Assembly: GCA_977020255.1 (NCBI GenBank)
Contig: CDROCS010002422.1
Span: 186,001-250,000, forward strand
DNA length: 64,000 nt
Reading direction: 5' to 3'
DNA from: Obrimoposthia wandeli
Lineage: Eukaryota
The stretch's first letter is position 1; each line of letters begins with the position of its first letter. Positions 38,402-50,178 of this stretch are shown piece after piece. The notes beneath the pieces are model-generated. The model saw only the letters and a program-made list of their open reading frames with translations, was not told the origin of the DNA and searched no databases. Both the position numbers and the translations under genes were made by a program.

Positions 38402-40224
38402 TGTACAGCAAAATACCCAGCAGCAAACCTGCAACTGAATTACTTGATAGCATCACCAATCCTCAACAGTTACGCAAACTTGAGCAGCTGCAACTCGTTA
38501 ACTTAGCTGAGCAATTGCGCGCTTATTTACTTTACAGTGTTGGTCAAACCGGTGGGCATTTTGGAGGCGGTTTAGGCGTTGTAGAATTAACTATCGCTTT
38601 ACATTATCTATTAGACACGCCTAACGATCATCTAATCTGGGATGTTGGGCACCAAAGCTATCCACATAAAATCCTAACTGAGCGAAAAAATGCACTATTA
38701 AGCATTCGTCAACTAGCAGGATTACACCCCTTCCCTGATCGCCGTGAAAGCGTTTATGACGACTTTGGCACTGGCCATTCAAGCACCTCAATTAGCGCTG
38801 CTTTGGGGATGTCTGTTGCTGACAAGTTAAACGGTTTACTACACCACAGTGTTGCGGTGATTGGGGATGGAGCCCTCAGCGCTGGCATGGCTTTTGAAGC
38901 TCTCAATCACGCCTCTCATGTCGATGCAAACTTGCTTGTTATCCTTAATGACAACGAAATGTCTATTTCAGAGAACGAAGGTGGCTTAGCTAAATTTTTA
39001 GCCAACAAACTTAGGTCAAAGCACGCAAGTGCTGCAAACACTGCGTTGTTTGAGGCACTAGCATTTGAATATACAGGCCCTATCGACGGGCATGATTTTA
39101 ACGCTTTAATACCTGCTATAAAAACGGTGTTAAGCAAATCTGGCCCCCAGTTTTTACACATTGTCACTAAAAAAGGCAAGGGGTTTTATCCCGCCGAGTC
39201 AGACCCTGTTGGCTACCATGCCATTACTAAAATTGAGCCTATAAGCGGAACCTATAAAGATCATCCTGATAAAACTAGTATCGATAAAAGAAGCACCGCC
39301 AAGCGCAAAACCTTCGCTAATGTATTTGGCAGTTGGCTATTAGCCCGCGCTGGCCAAGATGATAAAATTGTCGCTATCACTCCAGCCATGAAAGAGGGAT
39401 CTGATTTAGTTGAGTTTGCCAAGCAATACCCAGAACGATATTTCGATGTTGCGATTGCAGAGCAACACGCACTAACTTTTGCAGCAGGCTTAGCTTGTGC
39501 TGGCATTAAACCTATCGTTGCTATTTACTCAACTTTTTTGCAACGTGGTTACGACCAATACATACACGATATCGCTGTACAAAACTTAAATGTGATTATC
39601 GCTATCGATAGAGCTGGCCTCGTCGGAGAAGATGGCGCGACTCATGCTGGCTGTTATGATATTGCAGCACTGCGTTGTATTCCCAATACTGTGATTATGA
39701 CCCCTAGTGACGAGCAAGAGCTCTATCTAGCGTTAAATACTGCTGTTAAAACGCATGGACCAATCGCTATTAGATATCCTAGAGGTAGTGGAAGCTGTGC
39801 TCAATTACAACTCAATCAAGACACTGTTACTTTAGGTAAAGCGAACTTGTTGCGCCGCGGGAAAAGCAAAATGGTGCTGCTTAATTTTGGACCACTCATA
39901 GAACAAGCTAAAATCAACGCGCAAAAATATGATTTATGCTTAGTAGACATGCGTTTTGTAAAACCTTTAGATACTAAACTTTTATCGCAATTGGCTGACG
40001 ATCACCATCACTTTTTCACTTTAGAAGATCATGCTATCGCGGCGGGTGCTGGATCTGCTGTTAGTCAATATTTAGCAGATAAGGCAGTAACCTTTACCCA
40101 TTTGGGTATTCCCGATGATTTTATACCTCATGGTACTAGAGAGCAGCAATTGGCTATTTGCGGTTTAGACACTGCTGGAGTTGATCGAGCTATAGCAGCA
40201 AAAATAGCTGCTAGAAGCTTATAG
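38401..40224 (+). CDS. dxs: 1-deoxy-D-xylulose-5-phosphate synthase
   Basis: DVGHQSYPHK, GDGALSAGMAFEALN, NDN, IAEQHA, DRAGLVGEDGATH, RYPRG. Confidence 0.96.
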   Translation: MYSKIPSSKPATELLDSITNPQQLRKLEQLQLVNLAEQLRAYLLYSVGQTGGHFGGGLGVVELTIALHYLLDTPNDHLIWDVGHQSYPHKILTERKNALLSIRQLAGLHPFPDRRESVYDDFGTGHSSTSISAALGMSVADKLNGLLHHSVAVIGDGALSAGMAFEALNHASHVDANLLVILNDNEMSISENEGGLAKFLANKLRSKHASAANTALFEALAFEYTGPIDGHDFNALIPAIKTVLSKSGPQFLHIVTKKGKGFYPAESDPVGYHAITKIEPISGTYKDHPDKTSIDKRSTAKRKTFANVFGSWLLARAGQDDKIVAITPAMKEGSDLVEFAKQYPERYFDVAIAEQHALTFAAGLACAGIKPIVAIYSTFLQRGYDQYIHDIAVQNLNVIIAIDRAGLVGEDGATHAGCYDIAALRCIPNTVIMTPSDEQELYLALNTAVKTHGPIAIRYPRGSGSCAQLQLNQDTVTLGKANLLRRGKSKMVLLNFGPLIEQAKINAQKYDLCLVDMRFVKPLDTKLLSQLADDHHHFFTLEDHAIAAGAGSAVSQYLADKAVTFTHLGIPDDFIPHGTREQQLAICGLDTAGVDRAIAAKIAARSL

Positions 40225-40345
40225 TGTTGTGATGGTATCAGATTATAACAGTAGCTTGTAAATCAGCTACTTTGTTAACAGTGATTATTGGATTAACTAA
40301 CTGTCATTAAACACTGTTAATTTTATCTCAAAATTCAGCAAATGA

Positions 40346-40963
40346 TTAATCCTTCATCATATGCCCAAGTTTTCCCGCTTTAGTCGCTAAGTATCCTTCA
40401 TTATGACTATTTTTCCCCACTTGAATAGGTTCGCGAGCACTAATTTCAAGACCGTAACTTTGCATTGCTGCCACTTTACGTGGGTTATTCGTCATCAATC
40501 GTAATTTTTTAATACCGAAGTGCTGCAACATTGGTAAACACATACTATATTCACGTAGATCCGCATCAAAACCTAACCTTTCATTTGCCTCTACCGTATC
40601 AGCACCTTTATCTTGCAGGTTATAAGCTTTGATTTTATTGAGCAAACCTATCCCCCTCCCCTCTTGGCGAAGATAAAGAATAATGCCACGCCCTTCTTGG
40701 GCAATACGGTTAAGCGCCTCTTGTAACTGAAAACCACAATCACAGCGCAAACTAAACAGAGCATCACCTGTTAGACACTCAGAGTGGATGCGCGCTAACA
40801 CTGGCTCATCACCACTGACATCTCCGTATACGAGTGCCACGTGCTCTTTCCCCGTTTCAACTTCTTCAAAACCAACCATAGTAAAAGTGCCCATTGGCAT
40901 AGGCAATTTAGATTCGGCTACATAACGAACTACCGATTTTACTGTTTTATCATTAACTGACAC
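40346..40963 (-). CDS. ribA: GTP cyclohydrolase II
   Basis: [34 protein letters not shown]. Confidence 0.97.
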   Translation of the reverse strand: MSVNDKTVKSVVRYVAESKLPMPMGTFTMVGFEEVETGKEHVALVYGDVSGDEPVLARIHSECLTGDALFSLRCDCGFQLQEALNRIAQEGRGIILYLRQEGRGIGLLNKIKAYNLQDKGADTVEANERLGFDADLREYSMCLPMLQHFGIKKLRLMTNNPRKVAAMQSYGLEISAREPIQVGKNSHNEGYLATKAGKLGHMMKD

Positions 40964-41053
40964 TGGCTACCTCTTTATGCCTATTACTACGCTTTTCATA
41001 ATTTGTTTATGGATAAAAGTCACTAGTACTGTATGTGGGAGCAAAAAAAACAT

Positions 41054-41542
41054 TTACAACAAAAAGTAATTAATTAAATGCAGACAACCCAATGCTAATA
41101 ACCCAGCAACAATGTCATCTAACATAATACCCAAACCACCACTGACTTTTTTATCTATCCAATCAATTGGCCAAGGCTTTAAAATATCAAATATTCTAAA
41201 AAGGATAAAGCCAATGAGTACTGTCGTAAAACTCACTGGAATAGCGATCATGGTTATCCAAAAACCTGCAAACTCATCCCATACAATCCTTTGGTCATCA
41301 TGTACGCCCATATCTTCTGCTGTTTTACCGCACAAGTGCACGCCATAGGTACACGCAGCGAATACAGCCAGTAAATACAACCAAAGGGGAAGTAGCGATA
41401 ACAACAAGAATATTGGAATAGCAGCCAAAGTACCAAAAGTACCAGGGGCTTTAGGAGCTAAGCCGCTGCCAAAACCAAAAGCGAGCAAATGGATTGGGTC
41501 TTGTAATTTAGCGGGTAATTTACTTTTGAAATCAAACTTCAC
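41054..41542 (-). CDS. pgpA: Phosphatidylglycerophosphatase A
   Basis: GSGLAPKAPGTFGT, IVWDE, FRIFDILKPWPI, GIMLDD. Confidence 0.96.
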   Translation of the reverse strand: MKFDFKSKLPAKLQDPIHLLAFGFGSGLAPKAPGTFGTLAAIPIFLLLSLLPLWLYLLAVFAACTYGVHLCGKTAEDMGVHDDQRIVWDEFAGFWITMIAIPVSFTTVLIGFILFRIFDILKPWPIDWIDKKVSGGLGIMLDDIVAGLLALGCLHLINYFLL

Positions 41543-41555
41543 AACGAATGCCAGC

Positions 41556-42521
41556 CTATTTTGAAAAATGATTGAAACCAGTTGCAGTCATTGCATGCAA
41601 TTGACCATCTTGTAACATTTGTAATTTTTTATCAGTGGTAATAATGCCGATATTACTCACGGCTATATCTTTAGCTTTTAAACGCTGTTGTAACTGCGGC
41701 CAGTGCTGTTGCGGCAGTGTGAAACACAATTCAAAATCTTCCCCACCAGTCAGCGCCCATTGCAACGCTTGCTCTTTTGCGATTTGATGCATTTGGGCTG
41801 ACATCGGAATAGCTGCCGCATCAATTGTTGCCCCTACTGCTGAGCGCGACAAAATGTGGTTTAAATCTGCCAGTAATCCGTCGGAAACATCAATACAAGC
41901 GGAGGCAAAATCTTTAATAATTAAGCCCGCTGCTATTCTAGGAGTAGGTCGATAAAAGCGTTCTAGCAAGTAATTATGACAGCTATTGTCTTGTGCAATA
42001 TCAAGTAAACTCAAACCTGCACGACTATCACCTAAACTGCCTGTGACACAGATAAACTCGTCTGTTTTAGCAGAACCGCGCAGTAAAGCGGCGCCTTTTT
42101 TCACAAAACCTTGCACTTGCGCACTTAAACACAAGGGCCCTTTAGTCGTATCGCCTCCCGCTAAACTTACGCCATAAGCATCAGCGGCTAACGCAAGATT
42201 TTCACTAAAGGATTTGAGCCATGTTTGCGATAATTCAGGTAGCGTTAGCGCCAGTGTAAAACTATTTGGGACAGCTCCCATCGCTGCTAAATCACTAACA
42301 GCAGCCCCCAACAAACGCCAAGCTATGTCAGCAGGGCTTGCATCTTTAGGAAAATGAACACCTTCTACTAAAGTATCTAGAGAGAACACTAGATCCATTC
42401 CATCAGGGACAGAAAGAATCGCGCAATCGTCGCCAATACCTTGTATTAGTGCCGCATTTTTCTGGGCAGAACTAGCGTTAGGTTGTTCAAAAAAATGTTT
42501 TATTAAAGAGAACTCATCCAT
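41556..42521 (-). CDS. thiL: Thiamine-phosphate kinase
   Basis: GIGDDCA, SDLAAMGA, GGDT, DVSDGL, GGEDFEL. Confidence 0.96.
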   Translation of the reverse strand: MDEFSLIKHFFEQPNASSAQKNAALIQGIGDDCAILSVPDGMDLVFSLDTLVEGVHFPKDASPADIAWRLLGAAVSDLAAMGAVPNSFTLALTLPELSQTWLKSFSENLALAADAYGVSLAGGDTTKGPLCLSAQVQGFVKKGAALLRGSAKTDEFICVTGSLGDSRAGLSLLDIAQDNSCHNYLLERFYRPTPRIAAGLIIKDFASACIDVSDGLLADLNHILSRSAVGATIDAAAIPMSAQMHQIAKEQALQWALTGGEDFELCFTLPQQHWPQLQQRLKAKDIAVSNIGIITTDKKLQMLQDGQLHAMTATGFNHFSK

Positions 42522-42527
42522 GAATAA

Positions 42528-43034
42528 CTATTTTTTCTTTGCCTCATGGCGTGCTCTAATTTCAACCATTCTAACGCGCTGCGATAGTTTGTCTAAAATA
42601 CCGTTTACATACTTATGGCTTTCAGTGGCACCAAATACTTTCGCTAAATCAACACTTTCGTTGATAACTACACGATATGGTACTTCAATACGGTGAATCA
42701 ACTCAAAGCTACCAATGCGCAATACTGCACGTTCGATTGGGTCAAGCTCATTTAACCCACGATCTAAAAACGGTGCAAAAGCTTCATCTAACGCTGTGCT
42801 GTTATTTGAAACGCCGCGTAATATTTCGCTAAATAAACTAACATCAGTTTGTGACATATCATTATCAGTATGAAACATCGCTTCAATTTCGTTGATCGGT
42901 TGTCCTGCCATTTGCCATGAGTAAACCGCTTGTACAGCAAATTTTCGTGCAGAGCGACGCATCTCTGTTTTTGACGGCTTTTTATTGCTCTTACCCTGTT
43001 TTTTGGCGGGATTGGTCTCTTTATCTTGTGTCAC
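42528..43034 (-). CDS. nusB: Transcription antitermination factor
   Basis: RRSARKFAVQAVY, AVLRIGSFEL, VVINESV, YVNGILD. Confidence 0.96.
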   Translation of the reverse strand: MTQDKETNPAKKQGKSNKKPSKTEMRRSARKFAVQAVYSWQMAGQPINEIEAMFHTDNDMSQTDVSLFSEILRGVSNNSTALDEAFAPFLDRGLNELDPIERAVLRIGSFELIHRIEVPYRVVINESVDLAKVFGATESHKYVNGILDKLSQRVRMVEIRARHEAKKK

Positions 43035-43038
43035 AAAC

Positions 43039-43512
43039 TTATGCCTCTAGGTTACGTAGTAAGCTAACCATTTCGATTGCGGATAAAGCTGCTTCTGCAC
43101 CTTTATTTCCTGCTTTAGTACCAGAACGCTCTATTGCCTGCTCTATACTGTTAACGGTTAATATGCCATTGGCAACGGGGATATTAAAATCCATTGCTAC
43201 TTGCGCAACGCCTTTAGAGCTCTCGCTAGATACATATTCAAAATGCGGCGTACCACCACGAATAACAGCACCTAAAGCAATGATAGCATCGTCTTTCTTT
43301 TGCGCAGCTACTTTTTGTACAGCCAGTGGGATTTCAAAAGCCCCAGGTACTCTTACTACTCTGATATCACTTTCTTTAATACCATGGCGTTTTAGCGTAT
43401 CTATTGCACCATCTAATAAGCTTTCAACAACAAACGCGTTAAAACGACCTACTACGATAGTGTATTTACCCTTAGCGGAGAAAAAATCTCCTTCAATAAT
43501 TTCTACTGACAT
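43039..43512 (-). CDS. ribH: 6,7-dimethyl-8-ribityllumazine synthase
   Basis: [42 protein letters not shown]. Confidence 0.97.
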   Translation of the reverse strand: MSVEIIEGDFFSAKGKYTIVVGRFNAFVVESLLDGAIDTLKRHGIKESDIRVVRVPGAFEIPLAVQKVAAQKKDDAIIALGAVIRGGTPHFEYVSSESSKGVAQVAMDFNIPVANGILTVNSIEQAIERSGTKAGNKGAEAALSAIEMVSLLRNLEA

Positions 43513-43522
43513 TGCCAACCCC

Positions 43523-44635
43523 TTATTCACAAGTAACATATTCACTAATTTCTAAATCAAAACCAGAAATTGCATTAAACTTAATTTGCGAGCTCATCAA
43601 CTTCATTTTACCCACACCTAAATCACGCAGGATTTGCGAGCCGGTGCCGACGGTTAAATAAGCACCCGAAGAGCTATAGTTTGCAGGCGCTGGGCGACTG
43701 GTTGATTTGCCAAGTAAGCGCTCTAGCGCTACTGAGAAATCTTCTTTTTGCCCATTGTCTAGCAACAGTACGACACCATTTTTTTCAGAAGCGACTTTTG
43801 CCAGTGCTTTATCGACACTCCAGTGTGCTTCTTCGCCTAAACCGACCATATCTCGCAGTTCATCACCGCGCATATGTACCCTAACTAATGTCGGCTCCGC
43901 TTCTTGAATTTCGCCTTTCACCAATGCAACGTGCGTTACATTTTGGATAGAATCAGCGTAAGAGATACATTTGAATTCACCGTAGTTTGTCGTCACTACT
44001 GTTTCGTCCATACGCTCAATGGTATGTTCGTTGGTGGTGCGATAATGAATCAAATCAGCGATAGTGCCTATTTTAAGCTGGTGCTTTTCTGCAAACTTCT
44101 CTAAATCTGGACGACGCGCCATAGAACCATCATCGTTCATGATTTCAACGATTGCCGCAGCGGGCGTCATACCTGCTAAACGCGCTAAATCGCAGCCAGC
44201 TTCAGTATGGCCTGCTCTGCGTAATACGCCGCCAGGTTGAGCCATCAATGGAAAAATGTGCCCAGGCTGCACGATGTCTTCTGCTACAGCGTTTTCCCTT
44301 ACAGCAACGCGAATGGTTTGCGCACGATCTGCCGCGGAAATACCGGTAGTAACACCTTGAGCGGCTTCAATTGAAAGCGTAAAGTTAGTTTCAAAAGCAG
44401 CGCCGTTGCTTTTCACCATCAAGGGTAGATTTAACTGTTCGCAGCGAGCGCGAGTCAATGTTAAACATATCAACCCTCTGGCATGAGTCGCCATAAAGTT
44501 TATATCTTCTGGGCGAACCATTTCAGCGGCGATGACTAAATCACCTTCATTTTCTCGGTCTTCGTCATCCATTAAGATGACCATTTTACCTTGACGAATA
44601 TCGTCGATAATTTCTTCTGGGCTATTTAGCTTCAT
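43523..44635 (-). CDS. ribB: DHBP synthase fused to a GCH-II-like domain lacking the Zn cysteines (RibBX type)
   Basis: [26 protein letters not shown]; C-terminal domain has RVHMRGDE where ribA has HSEC...RCDCG. Confidence 0.92.
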   Translation of the reverse strand: MKLNSPEEIIDDIRQGKMVILMDDEDRENEGDLVIAAEMVRPEDINFMATHARGLICLTLTRARCEQLNLPLMVKSNGAAFETNFTLSIEAAQGVTTGISAADRAQTIRVAVRENAVAEDIVQPGHIFPLMAQPGGVLRRAGHTEAGCDLARLAGMTPAAAIVEIMNDDGSMARRPDLEKFAEKHQLKIGTIADLIHYRTTNEHTIERMDETVVTTNYGEFKCISYADSIQNVTHVALVKGEIQEAEPTLVRVHMRGDELRDMVGLGEEAHWSVDKALAKVASEKNGVVLLLDNGQKEDFSVALERLLGKSTSRPAPANYSSSGAYLTVGTGSQILRDLGVGKMKLMSSQIKFNAISGFDLEISEYVTCE

Positions 44636-44697
44636 AGCGTTGCTTCTCTTAAAATCAAAATACTGAGATCTTTAGGTTTTATTTAAAAACTAACATC

Positions 44698-45360
44698 TCA
44701 CTTTAAAAAACCAAACTCAGCAAGTTTAGACATATCTAACCCCGCTTCGCTTTGTGAATTCAATTCTTGTGGAGCACGTAGCAGACGCTCCATATATCTG
44801 GCAATAATATCGACTTCTAAGTGCACTTTACTACCCACTTGATAATCAACCATCAAGGTTTTATCTGCAGTGTGCGGCACAATGTTTAAACTAAACACAT
44901 CGTTCTCTACCGAATTGACCGTTAAGCTCACACCATCCACTGTAATTGAGCCTTTAGTTGCTATAAACCGAGCGATATCAGCACCGGCTTTAACTTTATA
45001 TACGATTGAACGTGCATTGTGATTCTTTTCTACAATTACACCGATGGCATCAACATGCCCTGTCACTATATGCCCACCCAAACGCGAACTTGGCAGTAAT
45101 GCTTTTTCTAAATTAACTTTTGCTCCAACTTCTATGGTTGTAAAGCGGGTATGAATCAATGTTTCGACAGACACATCAGCCCAAAAACCATCGCCAGGTA
45201 AGTTGATAACGGTTAGGCAAACACCATTAGTTGCAATGCTGTCGCCGATAGCAACATCAGTTAAATCAAGTGAGGTGCTGCGAATATACAGCTGCATGTC
45301 TCCCTGTTTCATTTCAACAGCAGCGACCTTACCTACCGCCTCAATTATACCTGTAAACAT
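44698..45360 (-). CDS. ribE: Riboflavin synthase (alpha chain)
   Basis: MFTGIIE, GDSIATNGVCLTV, GGHIVTGHVD, KGSITVDGVSLTVN. Confidence 0.96.
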   Translation of the reverse strand: MFTGIIEAVGKVAAVEMKQGDMQLYIRSTSLDLTDVAIGDSIATNGVCLTVINLPGDGFWADVSVETLIHTRFTTIEVGAKVNLEKALLPSSRLGGHIVTGHVDAIGVIVEKNHNARSIVYKVKAGADIARFIATKGSITVDGVSLTVNSVENDVFSLNIVPHTADKTLMVDYQVGSKVHLEVDIIARYMERLLRAPQELNSQSEAGLDMSKLAEFGFLK

Positions 45361-45437
45361 TTATCTCACCCGTTATATACGTAGCATTATCGATTTTATT
45401 TTATAGAAGTTTCTTGTACTAACTTATTGTTTAAATA

Positions 45438-46565
45438 TTATTGAATCTGCTCATAAGTTAAACGTAGATCTTCACCGACAAAACGTTGATCTACCAGTTT
45501 TAATCTTTGTTGCTGTGCCATTTTATCTTTTGCTATCGCTAACAACGGCTTCGCACTCGCGCCTAAAATAGTCGGTGCCATAAATACAATTAGTTGATCA
45601 AACAATTCTTGCTCAACAAAACTGCCTGCCAATTTTGCACCCGCTTCTATTAACACACTGTTACATTGTTCGTATTCTGCGAGGTATCCCAATAATGCTT
45701 TCAAATCAACTTGCCCATGTTTGTTGGGCAGCGAAATAACATCTTGGTCATCGTCAGGACTTAAAGGCTGCGCTATCACTCTTAAAGTACGCCCTGATTG
45801 TTGCAATATTTTAGCACTCGCTGGTAATCTATTTTTCGAATCTAACACTACTCTTAAAGGCTGTTTCTGGACAATTAAATCAACGTCATAATCCACTTCA
45901 CAAAGATCTAGTTCTGACTTCCTAACCGTTAGCGAAGAGTCATCTTGATCGATGGAACCTATACCGGTGATGATGGCGCAGCTGCTTGCTCTAAGTTTTT
46001 GCACATCAGATCTAGCGGCAGCACCCGTAATCCACTGAGATTCACCACTATCCATGGCTGTACGACCATCCAAACTCATTGCTAACTTAATTGTAACCCA
46101 AGGCAATTGTTGTGACATTCGCTTGATAAAACCGTTATTTAAGGCTTTAACTGCTACCTCTTGTAATGAGACTTGCACTTCGATTCCAGCCGCTTGTAAT
46201 AGTGCAAAACCCTTACCTGCCACTATTGGGTTGGGATCTTGCATGGCGCAAATAACTTTAGCCACTTTGGCATCAATTAGCGCCTTCGCACAGGCACCTG
46301 TTCGACCAACATGAGAGCAAGGCTCTAAAGTGACATACACAGTGCTGCCTTCAACCTGAGTTTTACTTAACTTGGCCAACGCATTAACTTCAGCGTGACC
46401 TTGCCCTGCACTTAAGTGATAACCACTAGCGAGGACTTGATTTTCTTTAGCAATCACACATCCCACATTGGGGTTTGGCTTGGTTGTATAAATACCTAGC
46501 CAAGCTTGTTGGATAGCCAGCGCCATGCATTCGTTATCGAACAAACTAAACTGTTGAGTACTCAT
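45438..46565 (-). CDS. ribD: Bifunctional pyrimidine deaminase/reductase
   Basis: [31 protein letters not shown]. Confidence 0.97.
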   Translation of the reverse strand: MSTQQFSLFDNECMALAIQQAWLGIYTTKPNPNVGCVIAKENQVLASGYHLSAGQGHAEVNALAKLSKTQVEGSTVYVTLEPCSHVGRTGACAKALIDAKVAKVICAMQDPNPIVAGKGFALLQAAGIEVQVSLQEVAVKALNNGFIKRMSQQLPWVTIKLAMSLDGRTAMDSGESQWITGAAARSDVQKLRASSCAIITGIGSIDQDDSSLTVRKSELDLCEVDYDVDLIVQKQPLRVVLDSKNRLPASAKILQQSGRTLRVIAQPLSPDDDQDVISLPNKHGQVDLKALLGYLAEYEQCNSVLIEAGAKLAGSFVEQELFDQLIVFMAPTILGASAKPLLAIAKDKMAQQQRLKLVDQRFVGEDLRLTYEQIQ

Positions 46566-47047
46566 ACGTTTTTGCTATCAGTCTCTAAATTAACTGTTTC
46601 AACCGCTAGCTTATCAATTTCAGCTTTAAATTCGCTTATATCGGCAAAACTTCGATAAACGGAGGCGAAGCGTACAAAAGCTACCTGATCTAGTTTTCTT
46701 AACTCAGATAATACTGTTTCACCTAGCAACACAGCGGTAACTTCTCTATCACCTGACGAAAGGATCTGTAGCTTAATCCTATTGATTAATGCTTCAATTT
46801 CTTCAATGCTGAATGGTCGTTTTTCTAACGCACGCAAAATACCTGCACGCACCTTTTGCTCATCAAAAGGTTGGCTTGATCCATCAGATTTAATCAGCCT
46901 TGGCATTAATAATTCGGCTGTTTCATAAGTAGTGTAGCGTTCGAGGCAAGAAATACATTCACGACGACGTCGAACTTGCTGACCTTCAGCGACCAATCGA
47001 GAGTCGACAACTTTAGTATCTACTGCGGTGCAGAAAGGACAATGCAT
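46562..47047 (-). CDS. nrdR: Ribonucleotide reductase repressor
   Basis: MHCPFC...RRRRECISC Zn ribbon, ATP cone, VRFASVY. Confidence 0.97.
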   Translation of the reverse strand: MHCPFCTAVDTKVVDSRLVAEGQQVRRRRECISCLERYTTYETAELLMPRLIKSDGSSQPFDEQKVRAGILRALEKRPFSIEEIEALINRIKLQILSSGDREVTAVLLGETVLSELRKLDQVAFVRFASVYRSFADISEFKAEIDKLAVETVNLETDSKNV

Positions 47048-47502
47048 TATATATTCCTGTCAAAAAGAGCGATTCGTTTAATATCAAATAGATACAATCG
47101 ACACAGCGAAAGTAAATATAATACTCAAACTAAATAGGTGTTGGAAAACGCGCATTGTACATTAGTTCTAGCGTTGAGGGTAGTTCCACGAGACAGGCTC
47201 AAAAGAGTAATGCTACAAAAAGCTAACAGCAGCTGGGTTAATTAAGCGTATTATTTGCTCGGCTAAATCTTAGCTTCAAGTTCACCTTCAAGTACCGGTA
47301 ATTCAATATCAATACACTTCAAACAATTGGCGTATTAATTCATGATTAAACGATCCTTTTGTTTGCAAAGAGTATAAATTATTACATTTAATACTTTCCA
47401 TGAACTGCATACATTTAAAACAGCTAGCCTAGCTTCCAAACGATCCTCTGTATAATTGATCCGTTTTATTGCTCTGTTGCAGCACCGCTGTATACGGTTC
47501 TA

Positions 47503-48069
47503 TCAAAGTATAATTTCCCTTTGCATATCATTAACTTCTACTTTTAAAAATTGGCCCAGCAATTGCGCATCTATAAGTAGTTGACTAATATCATTGTGAT
47601 TTAGAATATTAATTCTTCGCCCATTTTTAGTCAGCATATTCAATTCATAACATTGATAATTTAAAGCCTGCTTTCGCTTAACGATTTTGTTATTAATTTG
47701 CAATGACACTATATGATGAAGCTTTACATTACGATCGATATTATTATTAAACACTGACGTCTTTCTATTAAAACTAGCTCTTTTCAAAAAAGGCTGAATT
47801 AAAGATGCGCCAAAAGTTGTTATTGCGATACCAAACCCACCGACAAAAACAGCTAAATCAATTTTGTCTGATTCAAACAATACATAACTGGCCAACAGCA
47901 TCAAAAAAACACCGACCACAATGTAAATCACGCAAAATAACATCGAACCTATCGTCGGCATTAAGTAAGCAACCGCCCCTCTTATAACCACTGTATGGGA
48001 TAAAAACTTGGGACCATCTTTAACTAACGTTCGCTGCAAATCTATACGATAATCTGTTGTTTCACTCAT
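47503..48069 (-). CDS. Two-TM hypothetical membrane protein
   Basis: Two hydrophobic helices plus a soluble C-terminal domain; ATG 48069 preferred because a terminator-like hairpin lies at 48113-48137. Confidence 0.7.
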   Translation of the reverse strand: MSETTDYRIDLQRTLVKDGPKFLSHTVVIRGAVAYLMPTIGSMLFCVIYIVVGVFLMLLASYVLFESDKIDLAVFVGGFGIAITTFGASLIQPFLKRASFNRKTSVFNNNIDRNVKLHHIVSLQINNKIVKRKQALNYQCYELNMLTKNGRRINILNHNDISQLLIDAQLLGQFLKVEVNDMQREIIL

Positions 48070-48331
48070 AACGTCCCTTTTAAATAACCTATTTTTATTA
48101 TTATTTAAACTAAAAAACCCGCCTAAGCGAGTTTCTATTATCAATAAAAAAGCTTTCTAAATTTGTCATTTTTTTAATAACAATCAAAAATAAGCCTGCT
48201 TACTGATTGGTTTTCTATAACGTTGATTTGATCGAAAGAAGGAGATCAAAGCAGATTGAAACGACACTTTGCTTAAGTGTGTAGCTTATCTCTGCTTTGT
48301 TTTACATCTCCTTTACCTATTATAAAAAAGC

Positions 48332-49873
48332 TTATTTAAACTTCTTTATTTCTCCTGAATATACACGAGCGATAAACGAGTTTAACTCTTTTTTCACTAT
48401 TGGCATTAAGAAGTATAGCCCTGCGATGTTAAAGATCGACATTGCAAAGATTGCCGCATCAGAGAAGTCAATAACCGCACCAAACTGAATTGTTGCGCCT
48501 AAAACAACAAACAAACAAAATATAATTTTGTAAACAAATTCAGTTCTAGCACCTTCTCCAAACAGGTAAGTCCAAGCTTTCAATCCGTAGTAAGACCAAG
48601 AAATCATTGTAGAAAAAGCAAACAGAATAACCGCTAATGCCAGCAAGTATTTAAACACGCCCGCAGTGGCCGTAAATGATGCTGCTGTCAACTGTACGCC
48701 GGTTAAACCTTCGCCAGGGAACGGCGCCGCATTTAAACCAGCAATCGTAATTACCAAAGCTGTCATTGTACAAATCACTACTGTATCAATGAAAGGCTCT
48801 AGCAATGAAACTAGTCCTTCTGTGACAGGCTCTTTTGTTTTAACTGCAGAGTGAGCAATTGCCGCTGAACCAATGCCTGCTTCGTTAGAAAAAGTTGCGC
48901 GTTTTAAACCTTGAATTAAAGCACCAATTACACCGCCAGCCACACCAGCTCCAGTAAATGCTCCTTCAAATATAGCGCTAAAAGCCGCACCCACTTGACC
49001 GATGTTTGCGATTATCACGATTAACGCCATACTGACATAAAGCACAGCCATCCAAGGTACAACTTTCTCCGTTACAGATGCAATAGATGGCATGCCACCT
49101 ACGATAACTGAAAAAACTAACGCAGCGAGTACTAGCCCTGTAATCATGCCGTATTCACTTGGCACTTCAAAAGCGTAAGTCAACATAGCGTGTGCTTGGT
49201 TAGCTTGGAACATGTTACCGCCACCGAAGGAGCCTAAGATGCACATTATTGCAAAACCAACGGCCAACGCTTTCCCAAATCCTGCTAGGCCAATTTCTGA
49301 CATACCAGTGCTTAGGTAGTACATTGGTCCACCAGAAACAGCTCCTGAAGGCAGAATAGTTCTGTACTTAACACCTAATGTACACTCACAAAATTTAGAC
49401 GCCATGCCCAAAAGACCACACAGGATCATCCAGAATGTAGCACCTGGTCCACCTATCGCTAAAGCTGCACCAACACCTGCTATGTTACCAAGCCCGACGG
49501 TCCCCGATAAAGCGGTTGTTAATGCTTGAAAGTGCGATACTTCCCCTTCATCTTTAGAATTTGGGTCAGTGTATTTGCCACTAACAATATCTATCGCCAT
49601 ACCAGCGCGTCTAAATTGAATAAATCCGAAATAAACAGTAAATATTGCTGCTGCTAATAATAGCCAACCTACAATCACCGGAAAATTTGCACCTCCAACA
49701 GGTACACTCTTAAATACTAACGAAACAAACCATCCCGTATAGTCACTAAAGAAACTGTCTACCAATTTACTAACTGATGCAATTGTCTCACCAAATGCAC
49801 TTGACTCTTCCGCATAAACATTAGCACTAAAGGCTAACATCAATGCCGCGAGAAGTTGATGTACTTTTTTCAT
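48332..49873 (-). CDS. Sodium:alanine/glycine symporter (AgcS/AlsT family)
   Basis: ALSGTVGLGNIAGV, GGPGATFWM, GGPMYY, FSNEAGIGS, PFIDT. Confidence 0.93.
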   Translation of the reverse strand: MKKVHQLLAALMLAFSANVYAEESSAFGETIASVSKLVDSFFSDYTGWFVSLVFKSVPVGGANFPVIVGWLLLAAAIFTVYFGFIQFRRAGMAIDIVSGKYTDPNSKDEGEVSHFQALTTALSGTVGLGNIAGVGAALAIGGPGATFWMILCGLLGMASKFCECTLGVKYRTILPSGAVSGGPMYYLSTGMSEIGLAGFGKALAVGFAIMCILGSFGGGNMFQANQAHAMLTYAFEVPSEYGMITGLVLAALVFSVIVGGMPSIASVTEKVVPWMAVLYVSMALIVIIANIGQVGAAFSAIFEGAFTGAGVAGGVIGALIQGLKRATFSNEAGIGSAAIAHSAVKTKEPVTEGLVSLLEPFIDTVVICTMTALVITIAGLNAAPFPGEGLTGVQLTAASFTATAGVFKYLLALAVILFAFSTMISWSYYGLKAWTYLFGEGARTEFVYKIIFCLFVVLGATIQFGAVIDFSDAAIFAMSIFNIAGLYFLMPIVKKELNSFIARVYSGEIKKFK

Positions 49874-50132
49874 ATCTATTCCACCGTTTATTATTATCAA
49901 ACTCTAAGGTTTTTATTCATTTAAAAAATTAAATGATTAGCTAATGATAATTACAGCGTTGCACAATGTCTATTTTTAATCATTTTCAGTTAATAGTTTA
50001 TCCTTCTATAAGGTTTTTTCTTATTAAATTATTAGCTTTTGTATGGTTGAGCACATCTCAAACTGTACACTGTGTATGAAAAAACTAACTAGAGCGCTGT
50101 AGATCCAACACAAATGTACACCCTACACAAAC

Positions 50133-50159
50133 AAAAAAGGCGCCTAAATAGGCGCCTTT
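50133..50159 (-). terminator. glyA terminator
   Basis: AAAGGCGCCTA-AA-TAGGCGCCTTT with a U-tract on the minus strand. Confidence 0.85.
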
Positions 50160-50178
50160 CTAATTATATAGCTAAAAC

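Noticed and set aside
44636-47500. FMN riboswitch for the rib genes
   Set aside because: The intergenic gaps are too short or lack the conserved FMN-riboswitch motifs.
47047-47503. Small minus-strand ORF near 47270-47330 (KCIDIELPVLEGELEAKI)
   Set aside because: Fewer than 25 codons, preceded by an in-frame stop after the ATG, and no supporting motif.
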